DNA of 39,866 nucleotides from an uncultured Gammaproteobacteria bacterium (GTDB taxonomy: Bacteria > Patescibacteriota > Microgenomatia > UBA12405). The notes below the pieces were generated by a model, which saw only the letters and a program-made list of their open reading frames with translations, was not told where the DNA came from and did no database searches. Position 1 is the stretch's first letter. Every line of letters begins with the position of its first letter. The position numbers were made by a program, and so were the translations under genes. Below are positions 8,592 through 18,239 of the stretch, in pieces. The stretch is from the NCBI GenBank assembly GCA_964516555.1, contig CAZFAI010000002.1, positions 1 through 39,866 on the forward strand, in the 5' to 3' direction.

Positions 8592-8641
8592 GAAGGTGAT
8601 AAAATGAATAATTGTTATAAGTTTCTGTTTGTAAATTTCTT

Positions 8642-8890
8642 ATGTTTGACAAAGCAAAAATGTTGGCTCAAGCCATGAAATTAAAGAAAGCAGTTGAGGC
8701 TGAGACTGTTGAGGTGGAGGCAGGTGGAGTTAAGGTGGTGGCTAGTGGTGATCAGAAGGTTAAGTTTCTGTCAGTTGACGGAGTGGAGAACAAGCTATTG
8801 GTAGATACAATAAATAAGGCATTAAAAAAGTCCCAGGAAGTAGCTGCCAAGAAAATGAAAGACATGGGTGGCCTGGAAGGGTTGTTTTAA
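8642..8890 (+). CDS. ybaB: YbaB/EbfC nucleoid-associated protein
   Basis: Size, the conserved dnaX-ybaB-recR order and the pattern VEVEAGGVKVVASGDQKV. Confidence 0.8.
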   Translation: MFDKAKMLAQAMKLKKAVEAETVEVEAGGVKVVASGDQKVKFLSVDGVENKLLVDTINKALKKSQEVAAKKMKDMGGLEGLF

Positions 8891-8899
8891 TTAATAACA

Positions 8900-9511
8900 A
8901 TGGCCCAATTTCCATCAGCAATTAGTAAGCTGATTGCAATGTTTGAAAGATTGCCAGGGGTAGGACCAAAAAGTGCGACCAGGTTGGTATTTTATTTGCT
9001 AAATACTCCGGAAAGTTTTGTAAAGGAATTTTCGGAAGCTCTTCTGGAGTTTAAGAGCAAGATTAAGATATGTAAACAGTGTTTTTCGGTAAGTGAGGAT
9101 GATTTATGTGATATTTGTAAGCAAGGAGACAGAAAAATGAATATAATTTGTGTAGTGGAGAGAGCGATTGATGTAATGGCGATAGAAAATACGGGTGGCT
9201 TTCGAGGGGTCTATCATGTTTTGGGGGGTGTGATAAACCCATTGGAACATGTGGGACCGGATGATCTTAGGATTGATGAGTTATTAAATAGGATAAGAAA
9301 TACTTCAGAAAAAGATGTGGAAATCATTTTAGCAACAAATCCGACAATGGAAGGTGAGGCAACGGCTCTGTATATTAAAAAACAAATTGAAGGATTAAAT
9401 AAGGAGATAAAAATCAGTAGGATAGGAAGCGGTTTACCGATTGGAGCAGATTTGGAATATGCTGATGTCAGTACTTTGAGCAGAGCACTGGAAAGCAGAC
9501 AGTCAATTTAA
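8900..9511 (+). CDS. recR: Recombination protein RecR
   Basis: LPGVGPKSATRL helix-hairpin-helix, C4 finger CKQC...CDIC, and a Toprim segment. Confidence 0.95.
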   Translation: MAQFPSAISKLIAMFERLPGVGPKSATRLVFYLLNTPESFVKEFSEALLEFKSKIKICKQCFSVSEDDLCDICKQGDRKMNIICVVERAIDVMAIENTGGFRGVYHVLGGVINPLEHVGPDDLRIDELLNRIRNTSEKDVEIILATNPTMEGEATALYIKKQIEGLNKEIKISRIGSGLPIGADLEYADVSTLSRALESRQSI

Positions 9512-9523
9512 TATAGTTTAGTT

Positions 9524-10015
9524 ATGAAAAAAATTATTGGAAATACAATTAAAGCTTTGGGTGAGTTAACGGTTGAAACAGGGAGTGAGGCAGTAAAACA
9601 AGGTATAAAGGTGATGGAAATGAGTGGGCAGGAGCTGCTTTCCGATATTAAAGAGTTGAGCGAGGAAGAATTGGAGAAAAAAAGGAAGGAAGATGAGATG
9701 AAAAGACAAGAAGAAGAAAGTAGTTTAAAAAGCCAAATACAGGGGAAAATGGATATGGAAGGGGAGATGAAGGATTTGAGAAAAGAAGAAGCGGATGCGG
9801 AAAAAGAAAGAGAAGAAGAATTTTTGGAGAATATCAGAAGACAGAGGGAGGCTGAAGAAGAGGAAAGAAGGCAATTTCTGGCCACTCATGAGAGCAGTAG
9901 CCCGGGCAAAAGAAAGAAGAAGAGAGGAAGTGCCTTTGCCAGAGGTAAGCAAGGACAGGCTTCAATTTCTGAAATGTCAGCTACATCAGAGTTTCCCAAG
10001 AAATCTGATTCTTAG
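9524..10015 (+). CDS. Hypothetical Glu/Lys-rich (coiled-coil or low-complexity) protein
   Basis: Long ORF in operon register between recR and cysS. The polypurine coding tract leaves other frames open as well, so only the operon context supports this frame. Confidence 0.45.
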   Translation: MKKIIGNTIKALGELTVETGSEAVKQGIKVMEMSGQELLSDIKELSEEELEKKRKEDEMKRQEEESSLKSQIQGKMDMEGEMKDLRKEEADAEKEREEEFLENIRRQREAEEEERRQFLATHESSSPGKRKKKRGSAFARGKQGQASISEMSATSEFPKKSDS

Positions 10016-10030
10016 GATATAATCAAGACA

Positions 10031-11416
10031 ATGAGTAGTAAAGTGTATTTGTATAACACTGCCAAGAGAAAGAAAGAAGAATTTAGGCCTATTGCCGGAA
10101 AAAAGGTGGGTATTTATTCGTGTGGGCCGACCGTTTATTCCAATCAGCATATCGGCAATATGTATGCCTATGTTGTTTGGGATGTGTTTGTAAGATTTTT
10201 GAGGTATGCAGGTTATGAGGTTTTGTGGGTGATGAACATAACTGATGTAGGACATATGACATCAGACCAAGATGAAGGTGAAGATAAGCTGGAAAAAGGA
10301 GCAAAACAAGAAGGGATATCACCCTGGGAGATTGCTAAAAGATATGAAAAACAATTTATGGAAAGCTTGGAGATGCTTAATATCGAAAAACCGGACCATT
10401 TACCCAAAGCTACAGAGCATATAGTAGAGCAGATTGAATTGGCCAAAAAGATCGAAGATCGGGGTTTTGCTTATATGACAAAAACGGGATTAGTTTTCGA
10501 TACCAGTAAATTTGAGAATTATGCTGATTTTGCTAACTTGAAATTGGAAGAAATGGAATCGGGTGCCAGGGTTGAAGTGGACTTGGAAAAAAAGAAACCA
10601 TGGGATTTTTTGTTGTGGGTGATTAATCAACCCGAACACGTAATGAAATGGGAATCACCTTGGGGCGAGGGGTTTCCGGGTTGGCATTTGGAATGTAGTG
10701 CCATGTCGACAAAATATTTAGGAGAAAAATTTGATATTCACACGGGAGGGATAGAACATATCGGAGTCCATCATACTAACGAAATAGCACAAGGATATGG
10801 TGCTTTTGGAAAGGAAACTGCCAACTACTGGCTTCATAACGCCTGGTTGACGTTGAAAGATGAGAAAATGAGTAAATCTCTGGGAAATGTTTATACAGTA
10901 GGACAATTGATGGAAAAGGGATATGATCCATTGGCTTTCAGATATTTAATTTTGACCTCACATTATAGAAAAGGGTTGGTGTTTTCTTTTGAATCTTTGG
11001 AAGCAGCTGGAAGAGCACTAAGCAGATTAAAAAAGTATGTTAGTGAATGGAAGAAACAAGGTTTGGGTGCGGTGAACAAAGATTATAAAAAGATGTTTAT
11101 TGAAGCTGTAGCTGATGATTTTGCCATGCCTGAGGGGATGGCAGTAGTGTGGAAGTTGGTAAAAGATGCTAATTTAAGCGATGGGGATAAACTGGCAACT
11201 TTACTTGATTATGACTTAGTCTTGGGCTTGAGGTTGTCCGAGACGGAAGAGTTGGAGGAAAAAATTCCCGCGGAAATAGAGAGACTAGCGGATGAAAGAC
11301 AAAGAGCCCGGGAGAATAGGGATTGGTCTAAAGCCGATGAGTTAAGAGAGGTGATTTTGAGTAAAGGTTATTTAGTTGAAGATGTAGGTAACGGTAGTGT
11401 AATTCGAAAAAAATAA
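10031..11416 (+). CDS. cysS: Cysteinyl-tRNA synthetase
   Basis: CGPTVYSNQHIGN (HIGH region), KMSKSLGN, WHLEC. Confidence 0.95.
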   Translation: MSSKVYLYNTAKRKKEEFRPIAGKKVGIYSCGPTVYSNQHIGNMYAYVVWDVFVRFLRYAGYEVLWVMNITDVGHMTSDQDEGEDKLEKGAKQEGISPWEIAKRYEKQFMESLEMLNIEKPDHLPKATEHIVEQIELAKKIEDRGFAYMTKTGLVFDTSKFENYADFANLKLEEMESGARVEVDLEKKKPWDFLLWVINQPEHVMKWESPWGEGFPGWHLECSAMSTKYLGEKFDIHTGGIEHIGVHHTNEIAQGYGAFGKETANYWLHNAWLTLKDEKMSKSLGNVYTVGQLMEKGYDPLAFRYLILTSHYRKGLVFSFESLEAAGRALSRLKKYVSEWKKQGLGAVNKDYKKMFIEAVADDFAMPEGMAVVWKLVKDANLSDGDKLATLLDYDLVLGLRLSETEELEEKIPAEIERLADERQRARENRDWSKADELREVILSKGYLVEDVGNGSVIRKK

Positions 11417-11458
11417 AAAATTGTAATACTGAGGATAATATGTTAATCTAGAGCGTTT

Positions 11459-11752
11459 ATGAATGACAAAAATCAATATCAAATAATCTCGGTTTTTAAC
11501 CCAAAAACTGAAGAAAAGGAAAGGGACGAGGTATTAAAAAAAATTACCTCTTGGGTCGAAGAACAGAAAGCAGAGATCAATAATTCAAATCATTGGGGTA
11601 ACAAAGAATTGGCTTATGAGATAAATGATCTAAAAAAGGGTGATTTTTGGATTATGGATGTTGAAAGTGAAAAGCCCTTGGATGTCAGAAATTTTAATGT
11701 ATTTTTAAATAGAGAACCTAAAATTATTCGTTATTTAATTTTGAAAAAGTAA
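11459..11752 (+). CDS. rpsF: 30S ribosomal protein S6
   Basis: Conserved rpsF-ssb-rpsR operon context and the pattern YQIISVFNP...WGNKELAYEI. Confidence 0.85.
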   Translation: MNDKNQYQIISVFNPKTEEKERDEVLKKITSWVEEQKAEINNSNHWGNKELAYEINDLKKGDFWIMDVESEKPLDVRNFNVFLNREPKIIRYLILKK

Positions 11753-11761
11753 GGAGAAAAT

Positions 11762-12319
11762 ATGCCTAGTCGATGTTTAAATCGAGTGATGTTAATTGGT
11801 AATTTAACCCGTGATCCGGAATTGAGGTACACCCCAGGTGGGATGGCGGTGACTTCTTTTGGGTTGGCTACTAATCGGGTGTGGGTAACGAAGCAAGGTG
11901 AGAGAAAAGAAGATGCCCAGTTTCATCGAATAGTTGCCTGGAATAAGTTAGCTGAATTATGTTCCCAATTATTAAGCAAGGGAAGAAGGGTTTTTGTTGA
12001 GGGTAGGATTCAATACAGAGAAATTACTGATCAGCAAGGTGTTCGCAAACAAGTTTCTGAGATCGTTATTGACGATATGGTTATTCTGGATAACAAAGGT
12101 GTTCCGTCCAATGAAGCAAGAGGAGACGTGGATATGGGTGGAAGTGAAGATGTGGCCGTTGCTTCTAATGACAATGGAAAAATTGAAGATATTGTAATTC
12201 CAGATGAAATTATGGATGATGGAGAGACTGAAGTTAAAAGTGAGGCGAGTAGCAATGAAGTTTCTGCAGAACAGCCAGCTTCTACTGACGAAAAGCCAGA
12301 AGAAGAAATGCCCTTCTAA
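11762..12319 (+). CDS. ssb: Single-stranded DNA-binding protein
   Basis: OB-fold NRVMLIGNLTRDPELRYTPGG and an acidic tail ending EEMPF. Confidence 0.9.
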   Translation: MPSRCLNRVMLIGNLTRDPELRYTPGGMAVTSFGLATNRVWVTKQGERKEDAQFHRIVAWNKLAELCSQLLSKGRRVFVEGRIQYREITDQQGVRKQVSEIVIDDMVILDNKGVPSNEARGDVDMGGSEDVAVASNDNGKIEDIVIPDEIMDDGETEVKSEASSNEVSAEQPASTDEKPEEEMPF

Positions 12320-12339
12320 ATTAAATAAAGGAAAAGAAA

Positions 12340-12579
12340 ATGCCAAGACCAAAAAAACCAATGATGATCCAAGTCCGATCAAAAGAATGTCAGTTTTGTA
12401 AGACAGGTACAGTACCCGCCTGGCAGGATTATGATGTTTTGAAGGACTATTTATCCTCAAGAGGTAGGATACTTAGTTCCCATTACACCGGTGTGTGTGT
12501 CAAACATCAAAAGCAGTTAGCTAAAGCTATAAAACAGGCTAGACATTTGGCCTTGATTCCTTTTACGACTCAAGAGTAA
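12340..12579 (+). CDS. rpsR: 30S ribosomal protein S18
   Basis: CQFCK...DYLSSRGRILSSHYTGVCVKHQKQLAKAIKQARHLALIPF. Confidence 0.9.
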   Translation: MPRPKKPMMIQVRSKECQFCKTGTVPAWQDYDVLKDYLSSRGRILSSHYTGVCVKHQKQLAKAIKQARHLALIPFTTQE

Positions 12580-12594
12580 AGTTTAATTTGACAG

Positions 12595-12630
12595 AAAAAA
12601 CCCTCCTTAGATAAAAGGAGGGTTTTTGTT
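12595..12630 (+). terminator. Rho-independent terminator after rpsR
   Basis: Stem CCCTCCTT (12601-12608) pairs with AAGGAGGG (12615-12622). 6-nt loop, T-tract 12623-12627, A-tract upstream. Confidence 0.7.
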
Positions 12631-12639
12631 TATAATTAG

Positions 12640-13395
12640 TTGATGAGGCAAAAAAAAATAAGAGCCAAGTGGGTGGTAAAAATGCCGGAGGATGCTGTTT
12701 TGAGGGTAAAAAAAGGTAGTAGGGTGGGAGGAGGGGATGTCCTTATGGAAATACGGCAAGGTAGTGTTGAGGTGATTGATATGTCGGTTGTTTTGAGAGA
12801 AATTAAGATTGGTGAGGAAGATAGTTTTCGAAGCACCTGGCTGAACAAGGAAGTAGCGGAGGGGGATGTTTTGATAAAAGGTAGTGGGATGTTTCCGAAG
12901 ACTATAAGGTTTCCCAGTAGCGGTGTATTAAGAAAAATTGATGAGTTTTTTAATTTCGAATTTTGGCATAAGAGCGAGGAGGTAAAGGAAGTAAAAAGTC
13001 CGGTTGGAGCGAAGGTATCTGAGGTGGGGAGTGGCAAAATGATGTTGGAATTTGAGGCTTATGAATATCGTGGAGAGGGATTAGTTTTGGGCAAAACATG
13101 GGCTGGCGGTCCAATAAAATGTATCAGAAGAATCAGCGAGATGGATCATACAATGTACGGTAAGATTGTAGCCATGGAGGATTTTAATCAAGCTATGTTT
13201 ATGAAGGCTGAGGTCTTAGGAGTGAAGGGGGTAATTATAATTGGGGAAGTATTGGGTGAAATTAGATCGGGGTTACCGGTATTGGCGATAAACATGGAAG
13301 AATGGGGTAAATTAGATATTGTAAACAAGGAAAACTCTAGCTTGAAGATACTAATGAATTCAAAATTGGGAAGATTATTGGTCGTGGTAGAATGA
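12640..13395 (+). CDS. Hypothetical protein, translationally coupled to the S41 peptidase gene
   Basis: ORF of 251 aa ending in an ATGA overlap with the next gene. The start is uncertain (TTG 12640, ATG 12643 or ATG 12682). No family recognised. Confidence 0.5.
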   Translation: MMRQKKIRAKWVVKMPEDAVLRVKKGSRVGGGDVLMEIRQGSVEVIDMSVVLREIKIGEEDSFRSTWLNKEVAEGDVLIKGSGMFPKTIRFPSSGVLRKIDEFFNFEFWHKSEEVKEVKSPVGAKVSEVGSGKMMLEFEAYEYRGEGLVLGKTWAGGPIKCIRRISEMDHTMYGKIVAMEDFNQAMFMKAEVLGVKGVIIIGEVLGEIRSGLPVLAINMEEWGKLDIVNKENSSLKILMNSKLGRLLVVVE

Positions 13396-14591
13396 AAGAA
13401 TCGATGAAAAAAATAAGAAATTTATTTTTAGTTTTTGCTTTGGTAGCTATTACTTCAGCGATAAGTTTTAGCATTGGTAAAACACAAAGAAGGTCTGTGG
13501 CAGGTGAAGAATTAGATTTGTCTTTGATGTGGACGGTTAAGGATATGCTTCATGAAAAATTTTTGGATAAGGAAGATATGGATGAAAAGCAGATGACTTA
13601 TGGAGCAATTGCAGGAATGGTAGAAGCATTGGGGGATCCCTACACGGTATTTTTGCCTCCAAAAGAGAACAAAAGTTCGAACGAGGATTTGGCCGGAGAA
13701 TTTGGCGGGGTAGGTATCCAGTTGGGATATAAAGACAAAACGTTGGCGGTGATGTCACCGCTTCCGAGAACGCCGGCAGAATTAGCCGGTGTAAAGGCGG
13801 GCGATTTGATATTGAGAATTAAGGATTTGGAGAAGAATATTGACCGGGATACAGTCGGAATAAGTTTGGATGAAGCGGTAGAGGTGATTCGAGGAAAGAT
13901 TGGGACTGAAGTAACATTGACGATGCTTCGCGAGGGCGGTAATGGGACTTTTGAAGTGACCTTAAAAAGAGATAATATTGTAGTTTCAAGTGTTGAAATG
14001 GATTGGAAAGAGTTGGATAACAAGAAGGTGGCTTGGTTGAGGGTCTACAAGTTTACCGAAAGATTAAATACTGAGTGGGATGAAGCAGTGAAAAAAATTA
14101 ATACTGAAAAAGGAGCAGATTATGGCGGAGTCGTACTTGACTTGAGAAATAATCCGGGCGGTTATTTACAGGGAAGTGTTTTGGTGGCGTCAGATTTTTT
14201 GAATGACGGGGTAGTTGTTAAGCAAGAGTCGTATGATGGAAAGGTTGAAACGTATTCTGTGGATAAAAAAAGAAGGGGATTGCTGGATGATAAACTGATA
14301 GTTTTGATAAACGGAGGTTCGGCTTCAGCTTCAGAAATTCTAGCCGGGGCACTAAGCGAATATAGTAGAGGAAGGTTAGTTGGAGAAAATTCCTTTGGTA
14401 AGGGGACTGTCCAACAACCGGAAGATTTCAGGGACGGTTCAGGATTGCATGTTACAGTAGCAAAATGGTTGTTACCAAGTGGGAAAAATATTCACAAGGA
14501 AGGTGTAGCTCCGGATGTGGAGGTAGTTGATGATAGTGAAACTGAAGTTGATGAACAACTTGAGAGGGCCATGCAAATACTACTTGAGTAG
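13392..14591 (+). CDS. ctpA: S41 family C-terminal processing peptidase (CtpA/Prc-like) with a PDZ domain
   Basis: FGGVGIQL, PDZ segment AGVKAGDLILRI, NPGGYL, INGGSASASEILAGAL. Confidence 0.9.
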   Translation: MKESMKKIRNLFLVFALVAITSAISFSIGKTQRRSVAGEELDLSLMWTVKDMLHEKFLDKEDMDEKQMTYGAIAGMVEALGDPYTVFLPPKENKSSNEDLAGEFGGVGIQLGYKDKTLAVMSPLPRTPAELAGVKAGDLILRIKDLEKNIDRDTVGISLDEAVEVIRGKIGTEVTLTMLREGGNGTFEVTLKRDNIVVSSVEMDWKELDNKKVAWLRVYKFTERLNTEWDEAVKKINTEKGADYGGVVLDLRNNPGGYLQGSVLVASDFLNDGVVVKQESYDGKVETYSVDKKRRGLLDDKLIVLINGGSASASEILAGALSEYSRGRLVGENSFGKGTVQQPEDFRDGSGLHVTVAKWLLPSGKNIHKEGVAPDVEVVDDSETEVDEQLERAMQILLE

Positions 14592-14615
14592 CAATAAAAA
14601 GTTATTATAATTAAT

Positions 14616-15797
14616 TTGTATATGGAAGCAAAAACAGTAAAGGGATTTCTATTAGGCTTATTATTGGGGGCAATACTGGTGACAGGTGTAGTTGGCGGTG
14701 CGGTAGCGGATAGACTGGTTGGTTTGGAATTCTTAGATAAGTTGTTAATTAGGCGTGACACACAAGGACGGGTAGTTACGGCAAATCGGGAGCTTGTTAA
14801 CGAAGAGTCGGTGGTTACCAGAGTTGTAGAAAATGCAACTCCGAGTGTGGTGACCGTATCTATGAGTAAGACTCAAGTATTTAACACAGATCCGTTTGAT
14901 TTTTTTGGTAGCTTTTTTGGGATTCCAAGAGGTGAAACAAGACAGGAGAATGTCGAGCAGGATATTGGAACCGGATTTATTATTTCAGAAGATGGCTTGA
15001 TTGTAACCAACAAGCACGTGGTGTCTGACAGTAGTGCCAAATACAGGGTGGTAATCGGTAAAGACGAGGTAGTTGAGGTAGGTCAGATATATCGTGATCC
15101 TACAAATGACTTGGCGATCTTGAAGATAGATAAAACGGGTTTAACTCCGGTGACCATGGGAGATTCAAATGAACTTAAAGTAGGCCAGACAGTGATCGCT
15201 ATTGGTACGGCTTTGGGAGAATTCCGATCGACAGTAACAACCGGGGTGATTTCAGGTTTAGGCCGTGGTATTGTAGCAGGTTCACCTTTTAGTGGATCAG
15301 AAAAGCTTGATAATGTGATTCAGACAGATGCGGCTATCAATCCAGGGAACTCGGGAGGCCCGCTTTTTAATAGTTCAGGTGAAGTGGTGGGAGTAAATGT
15401 GGCAGTATCGCAAGCCGGACAAAACATTGGATTTGCCTTGCCGATTAATTTGGTTAAAGATTCAATTGATAATTTTAAAACAACAGGAGCTTTTGACAGA
15501 CCCTACATAGGAGTATCTTATAGAACAATTTCTAGACAAGCAGCATTATTAAACGAAGTTCCTGCCGGGGCATTTGTACAAGAAGTTATTGCAGGTAGTC
15601 CGGCAGAAAAAGCGGGAATTGAAGTTTCGGATATTATTGTAGAAATGGATGGAAAGAGACTTACTGATGATGAGAATTCTTTGACTGAAATTGTTAACAA
15701 AAAGAAGATTGGTGACACCATAAGAGTAAAGCTTTGGAGAGACGGTGAAGACATGACAGTTGATGTAAAACTGGAAAAAAGAGATATGAGCAGTTAG
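14616..15797 (+). CDS. htrA: HtrA/DegP family serine protease with a C-terminal PDZ domain
   Basis: TNKHV, DLAILKI, GNSGGPL, and PDZ segment [20 protein letters not shown]. Confidence 0.9.
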   Translation: MYMEAKTVKGFLLGLLLGAILVTGVVGGAVADRLVGLEFLDKLLIRRDTQGRVVTANRELVNEESVVTRVVENATPSVVTVSMSKTQVFNTDPFDFFGSFFGIPRGETRQENVEQDIGTGFIISEDGLIVTNKHVVSDSSAKYRVVIGKDEVVEVGQIYRDPTNDLAILKIDKTGLTPVTMGDSNELKVGQTVIAIGTALGEFRSTVTTGVISGLGRGIVAGSPFSGSEKLDNVIQTDAAINPGNSGGPLFNSSGEVVGVNVAVSQAGQNIGFALPINLVKDSIDNFKTTGAFDRPYIGVSYRTISRQAALLNEVPAGAFVQEVIAGSPAEKAGIEVSDIIVEMDGKRLTDDENSLTEIVNKKKIGDTIRVKLWRDGEDMTVDVKLEKRDMSS

Positions 15798-16510
15798 TTA
15801 TCGGAGGGATTATCCAGGACAGAGAGTTCCAAGAGAAGATCATCGAGATCGCCTTGTATTGTTTTTTCTAGATTGAAAGATTTATCTATCCTATGGTCTT
15901 TTATTTGGTTTCTGGGGAAATTGTATGTTCTTATTTTATCTGCACGATTTCCCTGACCAATAGAAGATCGGGTACCAGTAATTTGAGCCATTTTCTTTTC
16001 TTCTTCCATTTGCCACAGTTTGGCCCGCAATAAATTCATAGCAACTTCACGATTTTGTTGTTGCGAGCGCTCCTGACGGACTGAAAATGTAAGGCCAGTA
16101 GGTTTATGAGTAAGTCTTACAGCAGTAGAAACTTTGTTGACGTTTTGGCCGCCTTTACCACCGGCCCGGGAAGCGGTCATTATGACATCGTCAGAGTTTA
16201 GGGTGATATCTTTAGCTTCAACTTCAGGATAAACAACGACTGACGCGGTAGAAGTTTGAATACGACCACGTTTTTCGGTGACAGGTATTCTCTGGACACG
16301 GTGAGTACCAGTTTCGTACTTCAACTGATTATAAGCATCGTAACCGATTATTTTGATGATATTGTCGTCAATCTGAGATACTTTCCAGCCGACTTTATTG
16401 GCATATCGAACATACATGTTTTGAAGATCACTTGCCCAAAGTCCGGCTTCTTGGCCTCCAGGACCCAAGTAAAACTCCAATATAGCAGAGTTGGGGTTAA
16501 TTGTGGGCAT
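15794..16510 (-). CDS. prfA: Peptide chain release factor 1, short form lacking the N-terminal domain
   Basis: [17 protein letters not shown] carries the PxT tripeptide of RF1. GGQ motif in [14 protein letters not shown]. Only 238 aa; the ATG sits 4 nt after the rpmE stop. Confidence 0.85.
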   Translation of the reverse strand: MPTINPNSAILEFYLGPGGQEAGLWASDLQNMYVRYANKVGWKVSQIDDNIIKIIGYDAYNQLKYETGTHRVQRIPVTEKRGRIQTSTASVVVYPEVEAKDITLNSDDVIMTASRAGGKGGQNVNKVSTAVRLTHKPTGLTFSVRQERSQQQNREVAMNLLRAKLWQMEEEKKMAQITGTRSSIGQGNRADKIRTYNFPRNQIKDHRIDKSFNLEKTIQGDLDDLLLELSVLDNPSDN

Positions 16511-16514
16511 AGGT

Positions 16515-16787
16515 TTAGGCTTTCTTGGCTGTTTTTTTGCTGGTTTTTACCTTGCTTTTTTCAGCTTTACTTTGAGAGTATTCTTGTCCCATGGCGACTT
16601 TACGGTTGAACTTATCAATCCGACCGCGGGTGTCTACATATTTTTGTTGGCCAGTAAAGAAGGGATGACAGTTAGAACAAACTTCGACTTCAATTTTTTC
16701 AATTGTAGAGCCGGTCGTAAAACTGTTGCCACAGGCACAAGTAACTTGGCTTTGTTGATAATATTTTGGATGTATACCTTGTTTCAT
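16515..16787 (-). CDS. rpmE: 50S ribosomal protein L31 (Zn-ribbon type) with a Lys-rich C-terminal extension
   Basis: [10 protein letters not shown]...CACG...[10 protein letters not shown]. Confidence 0.9.
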   Translation of the reverse strand: MKQGIHPKYYQQSQVTCACGNSFTTGSTIEKIEVEVCSNCHPFFTGQQKYVDTRGRIDKFNRKVAMGQEYSQSKAEKSKVKTSKKTAKKA

Positions 16788-16810
16788 AGCTACTTATTAT
16801 ATCAGATTAT

Positions 16811-18052
16811 TTATTTTTTCAGAATTGTTAGGAGTTTTGTTTGTGTTACTGTTATTTGGCGGTTTTCGCCAAGGTATTTTAATACAACCAGGTTGTTTTT
16901 TGCCTCATCTGGGCCTATTAGACAAAGATGAGGAATATTGGAGTTAAGAGCATAATTAATTTGTTTGCCTAATTTATCAGCTTTGGGATAAAAGAAAACG
17001 TTTACATTGTTTTTTCTAAGTAGATTGGCCAATTCAATGCTTTGGTGTTCGGTTTCAGATCCGAAGTTGGCAATTAAAACGTCTAACTTGGTTTTGGATA
17101 TGTTAGGCAACAAATTAAGTTCAATGATACAGTCAACGATACGGTCAAGACCGATAGTGGTACCAACTGCGGGGATATTAGGACCTCCAAGTGATGACAC
17201 TAAATTGTCGTAGCGACCACCACCGGTGATTGAACCGATCTTGGGTTCTTCTACATATGTTTCAAATATCGGACCGGTGTAATAATCCAGACCCCTAACC
17301 ATGGTTGGATCAAAAGTGTACGCCTCTTGAGGAACACCCAAGTCTTTTATTTTTTCAAAAACCTGTTTTAGATAGTCGTCTGGTTGAGCTGTTTTGATAT
17401 ATTCAAAAAGTCGATTGACAGTAGCATTGTCAATGCCTTTTTCTATGAGTTCATTTGTTACTCCATCTTGACCTATTTTTTGGAATTTATCGAGACTTTG
17501 GAGTACTGACTTTTTATCGTTTTTTATGTCGCATTGGTCAATTATTTGAGACAAAACTTGTCGGCTATTTATACGGATAGAATATTTTTTAAAGTTCAGT
17601 TTTTGAAGTATAGTATAAATGACAGCAACAAACTCAGCGTCTGTAATGGGGGAGTTGGAGCCGAAAGTGTCTATGTCACATTGCAATACTTCACGGTAAC
17701 GGCCTTTTTGGGGTTTTTCGGCACGCCATACAGGTTGAAGTTGATAGCGTTTAAAGGGAAGAGGAATTTGGTTTGGGTATATAGCTAGAACCTTGGAAAC
17801 TGGGACGGTCAAATCATAACGCAATCCAACTTTACGGCCACCCTGATCCTCAAAAGAATAGACTAATTTGTCGGCATCCTCTCCGTATTTACCCATTAGG
17901 GTAGATGCATATTCCAGAGTTGGAGTTTCCAGTGGTTGAAAACCATAACTTTCGAATACTTCTACAAGAAGGTTTTTAACGTAATTTCTGACTACCATGG
18001 TTTCGGGCAAGAAGTCCCGGAATCCCTTTAAGGTTTGGGGTTTTTGTTTCAT
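16811..18052 (-). CDS. hisS: Histidyl-tRNA synthetase
   Basis: LKGFRDFLPE, GLRYDLTVP, FKRYQLQPVWRAEKPQKGRYREVLQCD, GGGRYDNL. Start set at ATG 18052 because the longer ORF (to 18124) would run into the tRNA-His gene. Confidence 0.9.
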   Translation of the reverse strand: MKQKPQTLKGFRDFLPETMVVRNYVKNLLVEVFESYGFQPLETPTLEYASTLMGKYGEDADKLVYSFEDQGGRKVGLRYDLTVPVSKVLAIYPNQIPLPFKRYQLQPVWRAEKPQKGRYREVLQCDIDTFGSNSPITDAEFVAVIYTILQKLNFKKYSIRINSRQVLSQIIDQCDIKNDKKSVLQSLDKFQKIGQDGVTNELIEKGIDNATVNRLFEYIKTAQPDDYLKQVFEKIKDLGVPQEAYTFDPTMVRGLDYYTGPIFETYVEEPKIGSITGGGRYDNLVSSLGGPNIPAVGTTIGLDRIVDCIIELNLLPNISKTKLDVLIANFGSETEHQSIELANLLRKNNVNVFFYPKADKLGKQINYALNSNIPHLCLIGPDEAKNNLVVLKYLGENRQITVTQTKLLTILKK

Positions 18053-18097
18053 AGTTGATTGTAGCATTAACAACAATATGTTCCGAGGAGATTTGGG

Positions 18098-18172
18098 GGT
18101 GGTACACCGGACTTGAACCGGCAACCTTCTGCTCCACAGGCAGATGCTCTAACCAATTGAGCTAGTACCACC
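18098..18172 (-). tRNA. tRNA-His: tRNA-His (anticodon GTG) with an encoded G-1
   Basis: Hand-folded cloverleaf: G-1 plus acceptor GTGGTAC/GTACCAC with C73, D stem GCTC/GAGC, anticodon stem TCTGC/GCAGA, loop CTGTGGA, T arm GCCGG-TTCAAGT-CCGGT. An exact CCA is not encoded. Confidence 0.85.
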
Positions 18173-18239
18173 ATAAAAGAAAGCGGGGCAAAGATAGTAT
18201 AGGCTAAAATGACGGAAATTTAAAGATTCAGGTAGGTAG

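Noticed and set aside
9524-10022. Four overlapping ORFs in different frames and on both strands (9524+, 9795+, 9508-, 9725-) that might suggest dual coding.
   Set aside because: The region is a polypurine (GAA/GAG/AAG) low-complexity tract, which keeps several frames open by composition alone. Only the frame in operon register (9524-10015) is kept, and that at modest confidence.
15794-15797. Convergent htrA and prfA share overlapping stop codons (TTAG: TAG on the + strand, TAA on the - strand), leaving no terminator space.
   Set aside because: The overlap is real in the sequence, but it is a common consequence of genome compaction and not evidence of a specific mechanism.
16256-16931. Plus-strand ORFs 16256-16609 and 16491-16931, and many other 60-140-aa ORFs antisense to strong genes (for example 272-499, 1330-1655, 28202-28523, 31090-31515, 37047-37524).
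   Set aside because: They lie fully inside, or opposite to, confidently identified conserved genes. Their compositions are low-complexity or hydrophobic, typical of shadow ORFs, and they have no start context.
18053-18124. The longer hisS ORF starting at 18124 (MPVQVRCTTPKSPRN...).
   Set aside because: The extension would overlap the 3' end of the tRNA-His gene and has no similarity to HisRS. The conserved N-terminus (KGFRDFLPE) follows closely after the ATG at 18052.
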